Assembly (NCBI GenBank): GCA_001724265.1
Contig: MEDY01000319.1
Location: forward strand, 1 to 35,383
Direction of reading: 5' to 3'
From: Rhizaria sp. SCN 62-66
Lineage: Eukaryota
DNA length: 35,383 nt
In this document: positions 11,069 to 23,435 of the stretch, piece by piece
Position numbering within the stretch: position 1 is the stretch's first letter
Layout of the letters: each line of letters opens with the position of its first letter
The notes under the pieces: model-generated
What the model was told of the DNA's origin: nothing
What the model saw: only the letters and a program-made list of their open reading frames with translations
Database searches by the model: none
Position numbers and translations under genes: made by a program

Positions 11069-14000
11069 TTAAATCAAAATCTTCACATCTATATGCCAAG
11101 ACATGATCTCAATCGCGTTCGGCAGTTTCTTCCAGTCGTTAGCAGCCCCAATCAAGCAGTTACTCTTCTGTGCATCTGCCGTCACTGCAGTCGCCGAGAC
11201 TGTTGCGGCATCACTCAAGTCCGTCGCCGTCGCGCCCAACGACCTCAGCCGGCGGAGAACTGTTTCTTGACTTGCCTCTGCGCAGGTAAGATCGAGCGTG
11301 ACTGCAACAGGATCCATTGAGACGTCGCTCGCAGCGTCACTCAGCTGCTCACTCTGTGAGACGGCACGAGCCTGCGTGAGATAGACGTCAAACAGCACAC
11401 TCTCCTCTGCGATAAGCATCACAAGCTTCCACATCTCAGCGAGATCGCTCTCATCTCCACCCGCGCGCTTCACAATGGTGCTCGGTCCAGAGCCGCTCTC
11501 GCGCTGCCCGAGTGCAGCGCCCAGCTTGGCCGCCGCCGCGTCGAGCCGCGCGCGCAGCGCCGCCCGCGCGGCCGCCGCGGAGGCCGGGTTCAGCAGCGGC
11601 AGCCAGAGCGCGCGGGCAGGCAGCAGCGGCATCATCTGTGACTGAGACTGAGGCTGTGAGGCGGTGCTGTCAGAGCGAGGGGCGCGGCGAGCGCGGCGGG
11701 GCTTGCCAAGGCTCACAGCGGGGGGCAAGATTGAGGACGCAGTGGCTGTATCGGGCGCAGTCTCTGTCGCAGCGTCAACCTCGGGAGCAGCGGGGCCAGG
11801 CTTCGTGTTGCTGCCGCAAGCAGTGTGCACAGCGTTGTTTGCATTGTGAGAAAGAGGGTTGCCGGCTTCGTTCACAACACAGATCGTACCGTCCCGCAAA
11901 ACACCTACACCTAAACCAGCACCGGCGAGAGTACCACTCTGTTGCTGTTGAGTGCGCCAGTGGCAGTGTCCGTCGCCCGCGGCTGCCGCGCCCCACGCCG
12001 CTGCCCGCGCGGCCGGATGGTACCACGTGCGCACGCCCGGTGCGGCGCAGTGCGCGGCCCACGCCTCGGCGAAGGCTGCGAGCCACGGCGCCGCGGTGGC
12101 CGGGGCCGACTCTGCGCGTGGAGCTGCGGGCAGGAGAGAGCGGATGCTGTCGCAGAGGGCTGCGAGTGTAAGGGCGTTGCTTGCATCACTGGCATCGCGG
12201 TTAGCATGCAGTTGAGCTGGAGTGGCAGCGGGAAGCCAGCGCGCAAGAGTCGCAAGCGACCACATCAACGACGGAGCTAAGCAGCTGGCAGAGTTGTCGT
12301 CGTTCATAGGCGTTGCAAACGGCGTCCATACGAGCTGCTGCTGAGAGCCGTTTCCAGTTCCCCCGCCTCGCTGCAAAGTGACGCGCACACGCGTGTTAGC
12401 GCTGCCGTCCACCGCGTGCGCGAGCGCGAGTCCGCCGGCTGCGAGCGCAAGCAGCGCGGCGTCCGCGGCCGCGTAGAGTGAGTAGGGCGGCAGAGTCATC
12501 GCCAGCGACGGGTGACTGTGGGCCGCGGCGGAGTGACTGTGAGCGCCCGAGTTGTGGCTGTGGTGCGCAGTTGCGTCAGTCTGTTCACTGCCGCTTGCAG
12601 AGCCACAGGAGTGATCGTGGTCACAGGCGTCGCAGTCGCTGTCATCGCTGTCGTGGTCGTCATGACAGTGTCCGTGACTATGGCCATGACAGCTGTCGGA
12701 CTCGACCAGCACGTGCAGCATGTCGCTGCGAGACACAAACATGCCGAGCTCAACACTCTTAGACTGCTCCTTAGAAGGCGCCTGGGCCTCGCCCTTAGAT
12801 TCCCGCTTAGACTTGATCCTGCTGCGCACGTCGCGCATGGCGTCATACGCCGCGCTCGCCGCTGCAGAGAGCAGGCCCGGCGGGAGCACGCGGTCGACGT
12901 AAGCACCCGAGGCGCCGAGAATGCTGCCGTGCGCGGATGACACTGCAGAGCCTGCAGTCGCCACACCTGGCTGCTGCTGCTGTGTCGCAGTGGTGACAAA
13001 AGCAGGAGGCAGCAGAGCTAACGCTGCCATGGCCGCACTGCTGTTCTCATGACTGTGCGCACCAGAAAGCTGCTCAACATTTGAGGCTGAAGCTGCGTGC
13101 TGGGGCGCGACAACGTGAGCAGCAGAGGAAATCAGCCCGCGCAGAGTCTCAAGCACGCCGTCGACGTTGAGCTCCAGCTGCGGCACGCCAGCAGTCGTCT
13201 CTTCATCCTCGCCGCTCTCAACAGAGTGACTGTGGGCGGCGGTAGAGCGACCGAGCGCACGCGCCTTGCGCGGCCGTGACGCGTAGTAGCCCCCCGCGTC
13301 ATCATCGTGGAAGGAGCGGTGCGCGAGGGACCCGGGCCGGAGGGGGCGCAGGTGGCGCGCGATGGCGACGGTGACAGACAAAGACTGCTGCTTCTGCGGT
13401 GACTGCAGTACGGGTCCATCGGAACCACTCGCACTGCTGGTGAATTGGTTCGTGTCTGGGGTGCCTGCGGCGACTGTGGACGCAGTCGCAGCGAGCTCTG
13501 CCGTTGCTGCTGCGTGCAGGGCGGTCAACAGCAGCGCGACGCCGCCGTCCAACGAGCACTTTGAGAGCGGACCATCGCTGGCACAGGTCGCTGCACTCGA
13601 AGGGGAGCAGTGCTCGCGGGAAACAAGGCCGAGCGCCGCCACAAGCGCGGCAGCAGCTGTCGCGGTGACACCAGTCTCCACAGCGCAGGAATTGAACTTA
13701 CTCTTCATCAAACTTGCCGTATTTGTCTCGCAACTAGACTGAAGAGTGAGGCAGTGACGAAGGAGCGCAACTGCACTCGCGTGCACATCTAGCGCGGTCA
13801 CTGCGCCCTCAGCCGGCTTGTTCGGAGACGAAGATGCAGTTGCATTGTCTGCACCGATGAGGTCAGTAGCAGCTGCAAAGTGATTGCGAACAGCAGCGGC
13901 CGCAGCAGCAACAGTCCGATGAACAGCAGCAGCAACAGCAGCAGCAATGTCGCCGTCGCTAGAGACTGCGGGCGCTGGCGCAGCGAGGGCGGGCGAAGAC

Positions 14001-15639
14001 TCGAGCTGGTCAATCCGCGACAGCAGAACGCGCACAGGCCGGCCGGAGCCTCCGCTCGCGCTGCCGTTCGCTGCTGCTGCTGCTGCTGCTGCTGTTGATG
14101 CTGCTGTTTCTGATGATGCTGCTGGCGCGGAATGTCCGAACGCCATGTCCGCGTCGGGCGGTGCGGGGAGCGAGGTCATGAAGTCAAGCCGCAGCAGCAG
14201 GCGCACAAGCTCGTGCGGCCGCGACACCACGCCCACAGTCGTCAAGCCATCATTCGAGCCAGCAGCGGCAGACGCTGTCGGTGCCGCAGCCGTGCGTGCA
14301 AAAAGGGTCGTTGCGTTGCAGAAGTACATGAGCTGCGCCGTGCCCGCGATCAACGCGCGCGAGCGGGTGAGCGCGGCGCGCAGCGTCGGCGACTGCAGAG
14401 ACGACAGCATCGCCGCCGTGGCCGCCGACTCAGCGTTCGCGCAGTCACCCGCCGCGGCGCTGTCGCCCGCCGCAATGCAGGCGCAGTGCGCGGCAAACGC
14501 AGGGTATTTGGACCACAGAGGCATCGTGGAACCGTTGCTTGTTTCGTGATTGTTGTCAGTTGTGTTCAAGCTGTTCAGCGTCCAGGCGTCGAGAGCAAGG
14601 AGGCGGTCGAGGTGGTCTCCGCCGACCTCGAGCAGGTCCAGACTCACGAACCGCGTGAACGGTGTGATCCCCCACGCCGCCTGCAGGTCCTGGCCGGCGC
14701 ACACACCGGCAGACGCTGCGTCCGTCGCCCCGTCGCGGGTGTGTTCATGGAGGGTGGCGCGACCGATACCAGCTCCAGCACCAGCAGCATCGCCCCTGCC
14801 ACTGCTATTGCCAGTACGACTGTCACTGCCGCTGACACTGTCGCTGTGGCGGCGGTGGTGAGGTTGGCGGTGCAAATTGCGCAGCGCGTCGACCTTGCGC
14901 GTCACACGCCCGCCCGCGACGCTGGCGTCAACGAGCTCGCTCTCAATCAGGAAAAAGAGAAAGTCCTCCACCGACAGCAGCACCGTGCCGCGCGCGATGT
15001 CCGTGTCCAGGAACGGGTAGTCGTCGATCGCCGCGCCCACGGTGGCGTCGAGGAAGCGCGCGTTGTAGAAGGTGCTGCGCAGCACGGGCAGGAAGGACGA
15101 CAGGCGCATGAAGTCGGCCAGGCCAGAGTTCGTAAAGAGATGCAGAAACGTGGATTTGCCGGCATTTTGGTCACCAACCAGGAGACAAGGGAGCGTTGCA
15201 GTGTCAACGGGGAATTGGGAGGTCCAGAGAGAACCGAGATCAAGCTCCTGGAGAGATGGAGTTCGTAATCAGTGTGTCAATTTGGGGGACGTTATGAGCT
15301 TTAACGTCCAAAAACATTCACAACATAGTCAGTAATAGAAAAGGACAATAAAACAGCGGCAAAAAATATACACATATATGTTCTTATTAGCATACGTAGA
15401 GGTTGACTTACGACAACTTCCTCGTGGTAGAGGTCTGCGTTCTCAAAAGAGCATTGCTGGTAGACGAGGCCAGGCTCAGAGCTAGGACCAGAGAGCAACA
15501 AAAGAGAAGATAACATCAAGAAGTCTTGTCGTAAGGGCGGAAGTTTCATGAGCACTTCATTCTGAAGCGGGATGTATTGATATCGGAGGAGACGAAGGTG
15601 GGTCAGAACGTACCGAGGCTCAAGGCCGATTGGAAACAT
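11069..15639 (-). CDS. Uncharacterised ~1468-aa protein with a small-GTPase-like P-loop; complement(join(11069..15247,15412..15639))
   Basis: The 1346-aa ORF stays open upstream to a CAG acceptor at 15248-15250 and there contains CLLVGDQNAGKSTFL (15149-15175). A GTAAGT donor at 15411 gives a phase-0 join to a 76-codon exon starting at ATG 15639. The 3' end is less certain. Confidence 0.7.
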
Positions 15640-16174
15640 AGTAGAGCGTGATATTCAACGTCCTAAGATGCCTAATAAACAAAAATTCAAGAAAACACTA
15701 AGGCTAAGAAAACCGATTTGTAATCTTGTTTAACGAATGCTGTGACGTCATGCAGACAAGATTATTAGTCTTGATCTTGCGGCATCTCATGTTCACCACA
15801 AACGATTTTGCACCCACTTCAAGTAACAATTTGTAATGAAAATACACTCAAGATGAACCTTTTTACGGAATTTAAGCTACAAATCCTAAAGAATGTCGTA
15901 AAAATACAAATAAAAACATGTTTAATATCGAGATGTAGCTGCAGACAATGTGTATTCAATGAAAATCTGCAAGTTATGCAGTTTGTGAAGAAGATGCACT
16001 CACTGAATGGCCTGCTGTGGAGCTTGTTTTGTTAGACTATAAAACTAGCAATAGCAATGCTAGTCATTGCAACTATGGACCGTTTCAAAAGGCGCATGAT
16101 GCTCCGCCACGATTCTGGTTTGTGCTGCGGAGATCTCGGTCTGCAAGTTTGCGCAAACAAGTACTTTCGTGCCT

Positions 16175-16725
16175 TCACACTATAAGTGAAATTATGAACA
16201 ATAACAGGGAATCAAAGTAAGAGACATACATACACAACAAAAAACATGTAGTTAAATGTAATAACACGAGGAAACGGTCGATTTCACGTACTAACATTGT
16301 CAACAAACTCGAACTCGTCAGCCTCATCTTCAGCAAAGCCTCGGTCGTAATCATCTTGCGCGTCTTGGTCCACCTCGTACTCAGCTTCTTCGTGGTCATT
16401 TCCCATCTCAACAGCAGACCCATCGGGAACTTCGTAATCTGCAGGGTCGTTAAACACGGCAAAGGACCTGTGACGCTCGTAGGACCGTTGCTTGTGGAGA
16501 GTCACGAGGAGTTGGGTGCGGCGATGCGACTCGAGCTACGGAGTGGGAAACAGTCATAACACATGACAGTGAGAAGATTCAAGGAAGATAAATTCAGATT
16601 CAGGTTAAATAGTATGTAGAAACCTGTTAATGACGTACGCCAAGCATGTTGCCAAGAGATTCGTTCCAGCGTGAGTCTTCTAATTCGCGGAACATCGGGC
16701 CGACGAGCAGTCCGCTTGCGTCCAT
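16175..16725 (-). CDS. Small acidic-tailed protein (~110 aa), spliced; exons 16725-16639, 16535-~16292, probable tiny last exon from 16179
   Basis: Phase-0 intron 16638-16536 (GTACGT...CCGTAG) joins MDASG...NMLG|LESHRRTQLL...; D/E-rich C-terminal half. The second intron (GTACGT at 16291 or GTTAGT at 16295, acceptor TAG 16180-16182) is unresolved, and an unspliced stop at 16284 is also possible. Confidence 0.6.
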
Positions 16726-17179
16726 CTTGTATCCTGTGCACAGAAATAAACATTGAAATTGAAAAAGTGTTATTATCAGAAGCGTAAAAAAGCACAATGT
16801 TGCTATAGATTCCATAATTAAAATTCCATTTGACGATGAAATAACAACGAATTTCAGATAACTAAAGTGCTCTGGTGGACTCCCTCTTTCTCGTTGCCCA
16901 ACGGCTAGATTTTAACTTGGTGAGCGACACATAGGTGTTTCGCGAGATAGATGATCGTAACTATTTTGAAGCAAAGATATTATTATATTGAGAGGATGCC
17001 ACATTTGTATTTGTCACTATAATCAATATCTGCTCAATTACGACTTCAAACTGCAAGACATATCCGGAGGCGAGTATCGCATCACAGTAACTAATCTGTC
17101 TGCACTATGAGCGCGTGAGCATGTGTTGTATGTTAGTATGGCTATTTTCTGTGTGATTGCTCGCGGCAGCCTTGTAGCG

Positions 17180-17774
17180 TCATATGTGAATCTCTGACTC
17201 ACGCAAAGCTCGCTGAATTGCGACACTAGCAAAGCGCGGAAATGAAACAAAAGACACAAACAACATATACGAAGGAAACCACAGACACAATGCCCCGAGG
17301 AATAATCCCATCCATATTCGACTTTGATGAGCGTGAGTAAGAAAGAGATACTGAGAAAATAGAGAGCGCACAACTGATATTGTACATTGAACACCGTTAC
17401 CGGAGTCATCAACACCTTCATAAAAGATGATGACTGAATTAGAGTAAGTAGTGAGTGATACATCGTACAACACCAGAAGAGTTACAATGTAGCATAGCGC
17501 AACCTCTGACAGGCTTGAGGCCAAGCAATTAAGCGAGCCTAAACACAGTCTGGAGGCATAAGCAACCTAGCAAAGCAGCAACAATAGCATCATTAACACA
17601 CGTGAGGGGACAACAAGTTGATGACAACTGTAATGTGTGTTCAAGTCTGACTGACACTGCTTTGGCTGGAGGTTGCGCATGAGAGGCTGCGCGATTTGCG
17701 TCATATTTTTGTTTTTGCTTTTTTGATTTGTCTTGTTGATTTTTGTTGTAGTTTTTGGAGTCCTTCAAGTTCAT
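17180..17774 (-). other. Possible small membrane-protein gene or degenerate gene remnant
   Basis: Two adjacent frames: a hydrophilic ATG ORF from 17774 and a frame with two hydrophobic stretches ending at 17180. AT-rich, lacks the GC3 bias of neighbouring genes, no family recognised. Confidence 0.25.
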
Positions 17775-19857
17775 TTAAGTACTCTTTTGTTCGGCAAGAA
17801 AAATAGGTGCGCATTAAAAGAGGTGCAGCACATATACAACACATTAACACAAACACGTGCAATCAAGCGCTATGCCCTATTCATCACATCACGAATAAGA
17901 GACTTGAAGGAGATAAATAAATTATTACGAGACACTCGCGCTGATTTCAGTGTGTAGACCTTAATATGATAAGCTTACTGCAAAGTAAAATAGATGTAAG
18001 GACATGACAGATTAGTGTGGTGTTAATGTGACGTGTTAATCAGTCTGAATAACACACATAAAGACGTTAAACAGGGAGAGCAAACTATTAAAGAACGAAA
18101 TATCAAAAAGCAACCCAAAAGCAGTTGGGAGAAAATGTTTTACATCGCCACAGACACAGTTACAGCCGCAGCAGCGGCACAGAATATGGGCACAAAAAAT
18201 AAAACAATAAACGACGTCAATGTTCTGACTTCGAAGAAAAGTGAGACAACACAAAATAAAAATTGATGCGTACAAAAATGTCGAGACAATTAGGGGAGAT
18301 TTTGTACGATGTTCAATCAGATACAAACAAACATCTTTGCAATGATCAGACTTCAGTTACATCAACAACAATGACAACATCACTGGTCAGTAGGAAGCAA
18401 GTGAGATAAGAACATTGGTGTTATCAGTTGAGAAAGTGCAACAAACAAAGTCAACGCAAGCATGATAGAAAGCCGCAACACACAATTAATGCGACACACA
18501 ATGTGAGGCACAACTCAACATCATTCACATCACGCAAAACAACACACCAGCTAACAGTGACAAATCTGACTCAATCAAGATCAGATGTCAACGAGCGGGC
18601 TACAATATCAACACGATAGTGAGGATGGCGGTGGTGGTGATGGTGTGATTATGAATTGACGTAGACGTACAAAAAGAGTGCAGAGTTATAGTGAGACAAT
18701 CAGGACGTGTGCAGTAATAGGTGTGAAGTGAGCAGTTTGGTTTGATCAGATGATTAAAAATAACAAAAATAACGACAACATCCTGAGAAGGATGTGCACA
18801 ATGAAGAGACATATGTTGAGTGAAAACAAAAGACGCAAGATAAATCATGTAGGCGAAATCAACATCAATAGAAGACATGAAATAAAGAGAACAGAGGAGA
18901 ACAACAATTACGCTGGGTGTTAAAAAGAGCAATGCACAAGCAAACATCTTGGTTGAAAGTGCAGCTAAAACCAAAAACAATTGTAAGCTGCAAGTGTTAT
19001 CAGTTGCTATACACAGCCAACAACAACACATACACAAAAGCAGTCACAGACATACTACCGTATATGATGAGATAGTATCACAACGTTGAAGTTCGACAAG
19101 AACCAGAGTAAAGAAAGGGATAAAAAAATGAAATCGGGAAGGGAAAGGAAACAAATATATCAACAGGTTTAAAAAAATGAATCTCAATAAGTGTCGACGA
19201 CACGCATCAAGCGTCCCGCCGCTACGTGAGCTACAACTACATCACATCAAATTTAACTACATAGTTGCCTTGCTTCGCGCTGCCCTGCGTTGTCAGATTA
19301 AACTGCCTTGCAGTGCACTGTGCGTTGTGTTGTGCTGAACGTTATCGCACTGCTGGAACACTTGCGAGGAGTGAACAAGCGTCCGTGCCTGCGTACGTAC
19401 TAGGTAGTGATGCTTAAAATCAATAATATCAGTCAGGTGAGTGATGAAAGCAGGAACAAACACGAGCAAACAGGACTGTTGTTTTACTCTTGAGTCAAAA
19501 AGTGGGATGAGTTTACGTTATACGTTTACGTTAATGTGTACGTTTGGGTAGGTTTACGGTACTCGGCGCAATGTAATGCGGTAGTAAAGGAGTCTAAGAG
19601 AGAGAAGGTTAAGTTGATTCGCTTGCGGTTCGTTTAATGACTAGCGGGCAGCGATGACTAGCTTAACAAAGATGAAAGAATGAAGTTTAAGAGGATGATA
19701 AACTTACTTGCGAGCGAGTGCCACACAAGAGCGCACTCGCAAGCGAAACATCAGAATCAACAAGCAGCAGCAAAAGCACAGCGCATGATAGTCACAACAT
19801 AGATCACATTCTTTGTGTAAGTGTGTACGGTTCCTCGTTCATCCGCGCAACAGAGAG

Positions 19858-22774
19858 TTACATCGCACCAGATTTCCTCTCGAGTGTGCGTATCAGCGTC
19901 GTTGCGCACGCCTCAATCGCTTTACGTGGCATCAACTCCTTTTCCAACGCTTCCTCGAACCCGTACGCGAATTCGACACGGCTTAGCTTCCCGTTCCCCG
20001 ACAGGTCCACGGCTTTGAGCAGGCGACGTGCGACGGCCGCCGAGTCACCAAGAGCGCCCGCAGAGGCGGCGGAAAGCGCGAGAATCTGCTTGATAGGTGC
20101 GAACGCGTTTTTGACGAGGGCGTGGACGTCAGGTGGCTGGCGGGCCGTGGAAGAAGAGCTAGTGCTGGACGCAACGGAGACAGAACTGCTGTTGTAGTGA
20201 TACTGTTGTTGTTGATGTTGCTGATGTTGTTGATACTGCAGTTGGTAATACTGCTGCTGCTGCTGTTGCAGAGATTGTTGGAGCTGTTGCTGACTGTGTG
20301 TCGGAGGTGGCGTCCGGGGTGGGTGACTGTGAGCAGCCGCAGCGAGCGACGACGCAGTCGTGTTGCTAGACTGGCTGTGGGCCGGACTCTGCGTCAGCGC
20401 GTGCAGCATGCAGCCACTCGCCGCCTGGCTCTGACTCGCAGCAGCGGCAGCAGCGGCGGACTGGCCGTGCGAAGGCTGGCCTGGGTGCATCGGAGGATAC
20501 GCGGACGGTTTGGGCTGTTGCTGACTGGGAACACCGTGACTATACTGAGCATAAGTTGCGCTATTGTAGTTAGTGCTACCAGTTGTCGCAACAGCGGGAC
20601 TCGACGTCGCCCGAACCGGCATCGAGGGGCTCTGGCTTCCTGCGCGCTGTTGCAACAGCTGCTGCTGTTGCTGCTGTTGCTGCATCTGCTTGTGCTGGTG
20701 TTGTTGAAAAAGAAACTGCTGCTGTTGCTGCAGAGTCAGTTGCTGGAAGTGTTTTTGCATCAGTTGTTGCTGCGTGTGTTCCACGGCACTCGCCCCCGCG
20801 GCAGGCGCTGCGGTCGCAACAGCATAGACTCGGCTGTTTGTGTTACTGCCCGCGTCGCCATTGTGCGCTGAACGGCCACACACGCTGTCGGGTACACTGA
20901 CACTGATGCTGATGCTTTGAGCGACAAGGGGATCGTACTGGTGAGCATTCGCGCTACAGCCAGCAGCAACCCCACCCGTACTGTGGCCGGCCGCCTCGCC
21001 CGCGTACTGATGGGCGGTCGGGCGCGCATACTGGGTGCTGCACCGGCCGAACTTGCTGGCGTCGCCACTGGTGTTGACGCTGTCGTTGCTGCTTCTCACG
21101 CCGTTGCCGTTGTGGTGCACCTGCGTGTTCAGCGTGCCTGCGGAAGTAGCGACCGTGGCCGTGGGCGAGATGAGCGACGGTGTGACGTCGCTCGGCGTCG
21201 TGGGCGTCGAGAGCGTGTCGACGTTTGTCGGGGATGTCATCACAGTCGTCGTGGTCACGGGCACTGTCAGCGACATTATGCTCGTGGTTGAGTGGTTCTT
21301 ACGCATGCTCGTGCCGGGCGCACCAGAGCTCACCGTGTTCGCGGGGTAAGCCTGCCCAGAGCCAGAACCAGCGGCCGTGCTCGAAACAGCTCTTTCCCGC
21401 GTCACCGCAGGTGACTGTGCGTTGTTGTTGTTGTTGTTGTTGTTGTTACTGTTCATATTGGTGTTAAGAGAGAGGTTGGTAACGGATAGTCTCGTCGCCA
21501 TCTCTGATGTCGGCACGGCAGCGACAATCGGCGCTAAAGCCATGCCCAAACCTACGTTTGCGCCATGGCCTGAGTTCGAGCTTGAGCCTGCGATTGACGC
21601 AGAGGCTGCAGCGGCGGCGCTGTCATCGAGCCGCAAGTGCTGGTCCAGCGATGGCGTCACCGGCATCGACGGCGTGTTCGGGTGGCTCATGTGCGACGCG
21701 TCGTTGGCGGTGTAGCCCGCGTGGCTCGCGCTGGAACTGCTGCTGCTGTGGCCACTGACAGGACGACTCACGCTCTTGCTCGCGTTCACATTTGCGTGGA
21801 CAGTCGTGTTGGTAAATGTGCTCGCGTTTGCAGCAGCAGCCAGACTTGAGATGCTGTTGCAGCTGTAGCTGTTGCTCATGTCAGTGTGCGAATGCGCATG
21901 CAAGCTGTTGCTGCGCGCTTTCGTCATCGTGACGACCGTGCCAGTCCGGCCGGAACCCGGTGTGCCGCCGCCACTGACCACAGCGACGGCCGCCGCGGTT
22001 GCACTGGCAGTGGCGGTGACCGTGGGCGCGGGCGCGAGGAGACTCGTGAGCTGCGGACTCTGGCTGCCCGGGGCACGGGACGTAACGCGCTGCTGCTGCA
22101 GCTGCTGTTGTTGTTGGTAAGCGGCGTGGTGCTGGAGCTGAGACGGCATCGTTTGCGGCACAGAGCCGATGGGGCCCAGCGCGGGGGACGCCGACTGCGA
22201 CTGCGAGGTTAACCTGCGCTGCTGGAGCTGATGCGGCTGCAGTGACGGCGAGATAGACACGTTTTGCTGCGGGAAATGTTGTTGAAACTGCGCTTGTAAC
22301 TGCTGCTGGCTGCTACTGGTGCTGTTATTGTTGTTACTGTAGGCCAGTTGCTGTGTGCGGAGCGAGGGCGGCGGAGTCGCCTGGCTCGCAGCGCGCGAGC
22401 TCCGCGTTGATTGCGTGCGATACAGCATTCTCACCGCGCAGTTGACGGCAAGCTCGTCGAGAGTGTGGTTGTAATGCTGTTCCCACGTTGCTTTGTACTC
22501 GTCAATGCAGTCCTTGAAGAGGTTCAGAGCGTCAGCATGGGCAATGCTTCCAGTCTTGCTGGTGTCAAAGCGCGAGAACAGGGTTTCTGCACGCTCGCGA
22601 CGCTGGCGGGCAGCTTCCTGGATGTTTGGTGTGATCGCAAAAAAAGTACTGGGGTGCGGCGGGGGCTCGCTAAAGCAAGAAAACGTGTTTGCGGACCAAT
22701 GTAAGTAAGGACGGTGGCCGGAGAAGCTTTCCGGTAGGTCGGGCCGCAGGGTATATAAACCGTTCCCGTGACAT
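19858..22774 (-). CDS. EF-hand protein with a very long Q/S/N/A-rich low-complexity insert; start unresolved
   Basis: The frame stays open upstream of the listed ORF and encodes LFSRFDTSKTGSIAHADALNLF (loop 22531-22566). The C-terminus has LLKAVDLSGNGKLSRVEF (loop 19972-20007). Candidate start: ATG 22774, 14-nt exon, intron 22760-22670 (weak donor GTTTAT, good acceptor TTTTCTTGCTTTAG). Confidence 0.75.
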
Positions 22775-23435
22775 ACATTATGTTTTTTTCGAGATTATAG
22801 TTTTATTTTGTTTAATGCATAATTATTTTGAACCTCTCTGTTCTATTACACTCTAAAACATCGGACTCTCATCGCACACTGGCCTCTTTCTATGCTTTCG
22901 CACGTGGTTTTGATGTCTGTGTCTCATAGCTCGTTGCATCCCAATCCCCATTGTGACGTACCAACAACTAGGATTCGCTCTAAGCTGTTTGTACGGTAAC
23001 AATGGGAGGGAGATAGTCGCGTGCTTTGTTCGACCCTCTACTGGAGGACATGTTCATCCGGGTATTCTAGGAAACAACCAAGATTACCTTCAAGACCGGT
23101 GATGAGTTGGACGAGATTATAGAGTCGCTCTCAGAACGGCCCTCTTCTAACTCAAATGCGTACGTCCCTAGCATATTATGATTATAGATGCATAAAATAT
23201 TTTATAAAGTACCGCTACACTTTAATTTTAACACGGAATAACTTGATCTCACGACGTAAAATCCACTTTTCTCCCCGTTGGTTCCGACTAGAAGGATTAC
23301 TCCTGTCTCAAAGTTAAGCCGAGTCAGTCTGACTGGCCGACCGACCTACCACCCAACCCAGCGAGGCTTGCTTCACCTCTTGGCCAGGTGTTGGGAGACG
23401 ATTTCTGACTCCAAGACGAAGCAAGTTCGATCGAC

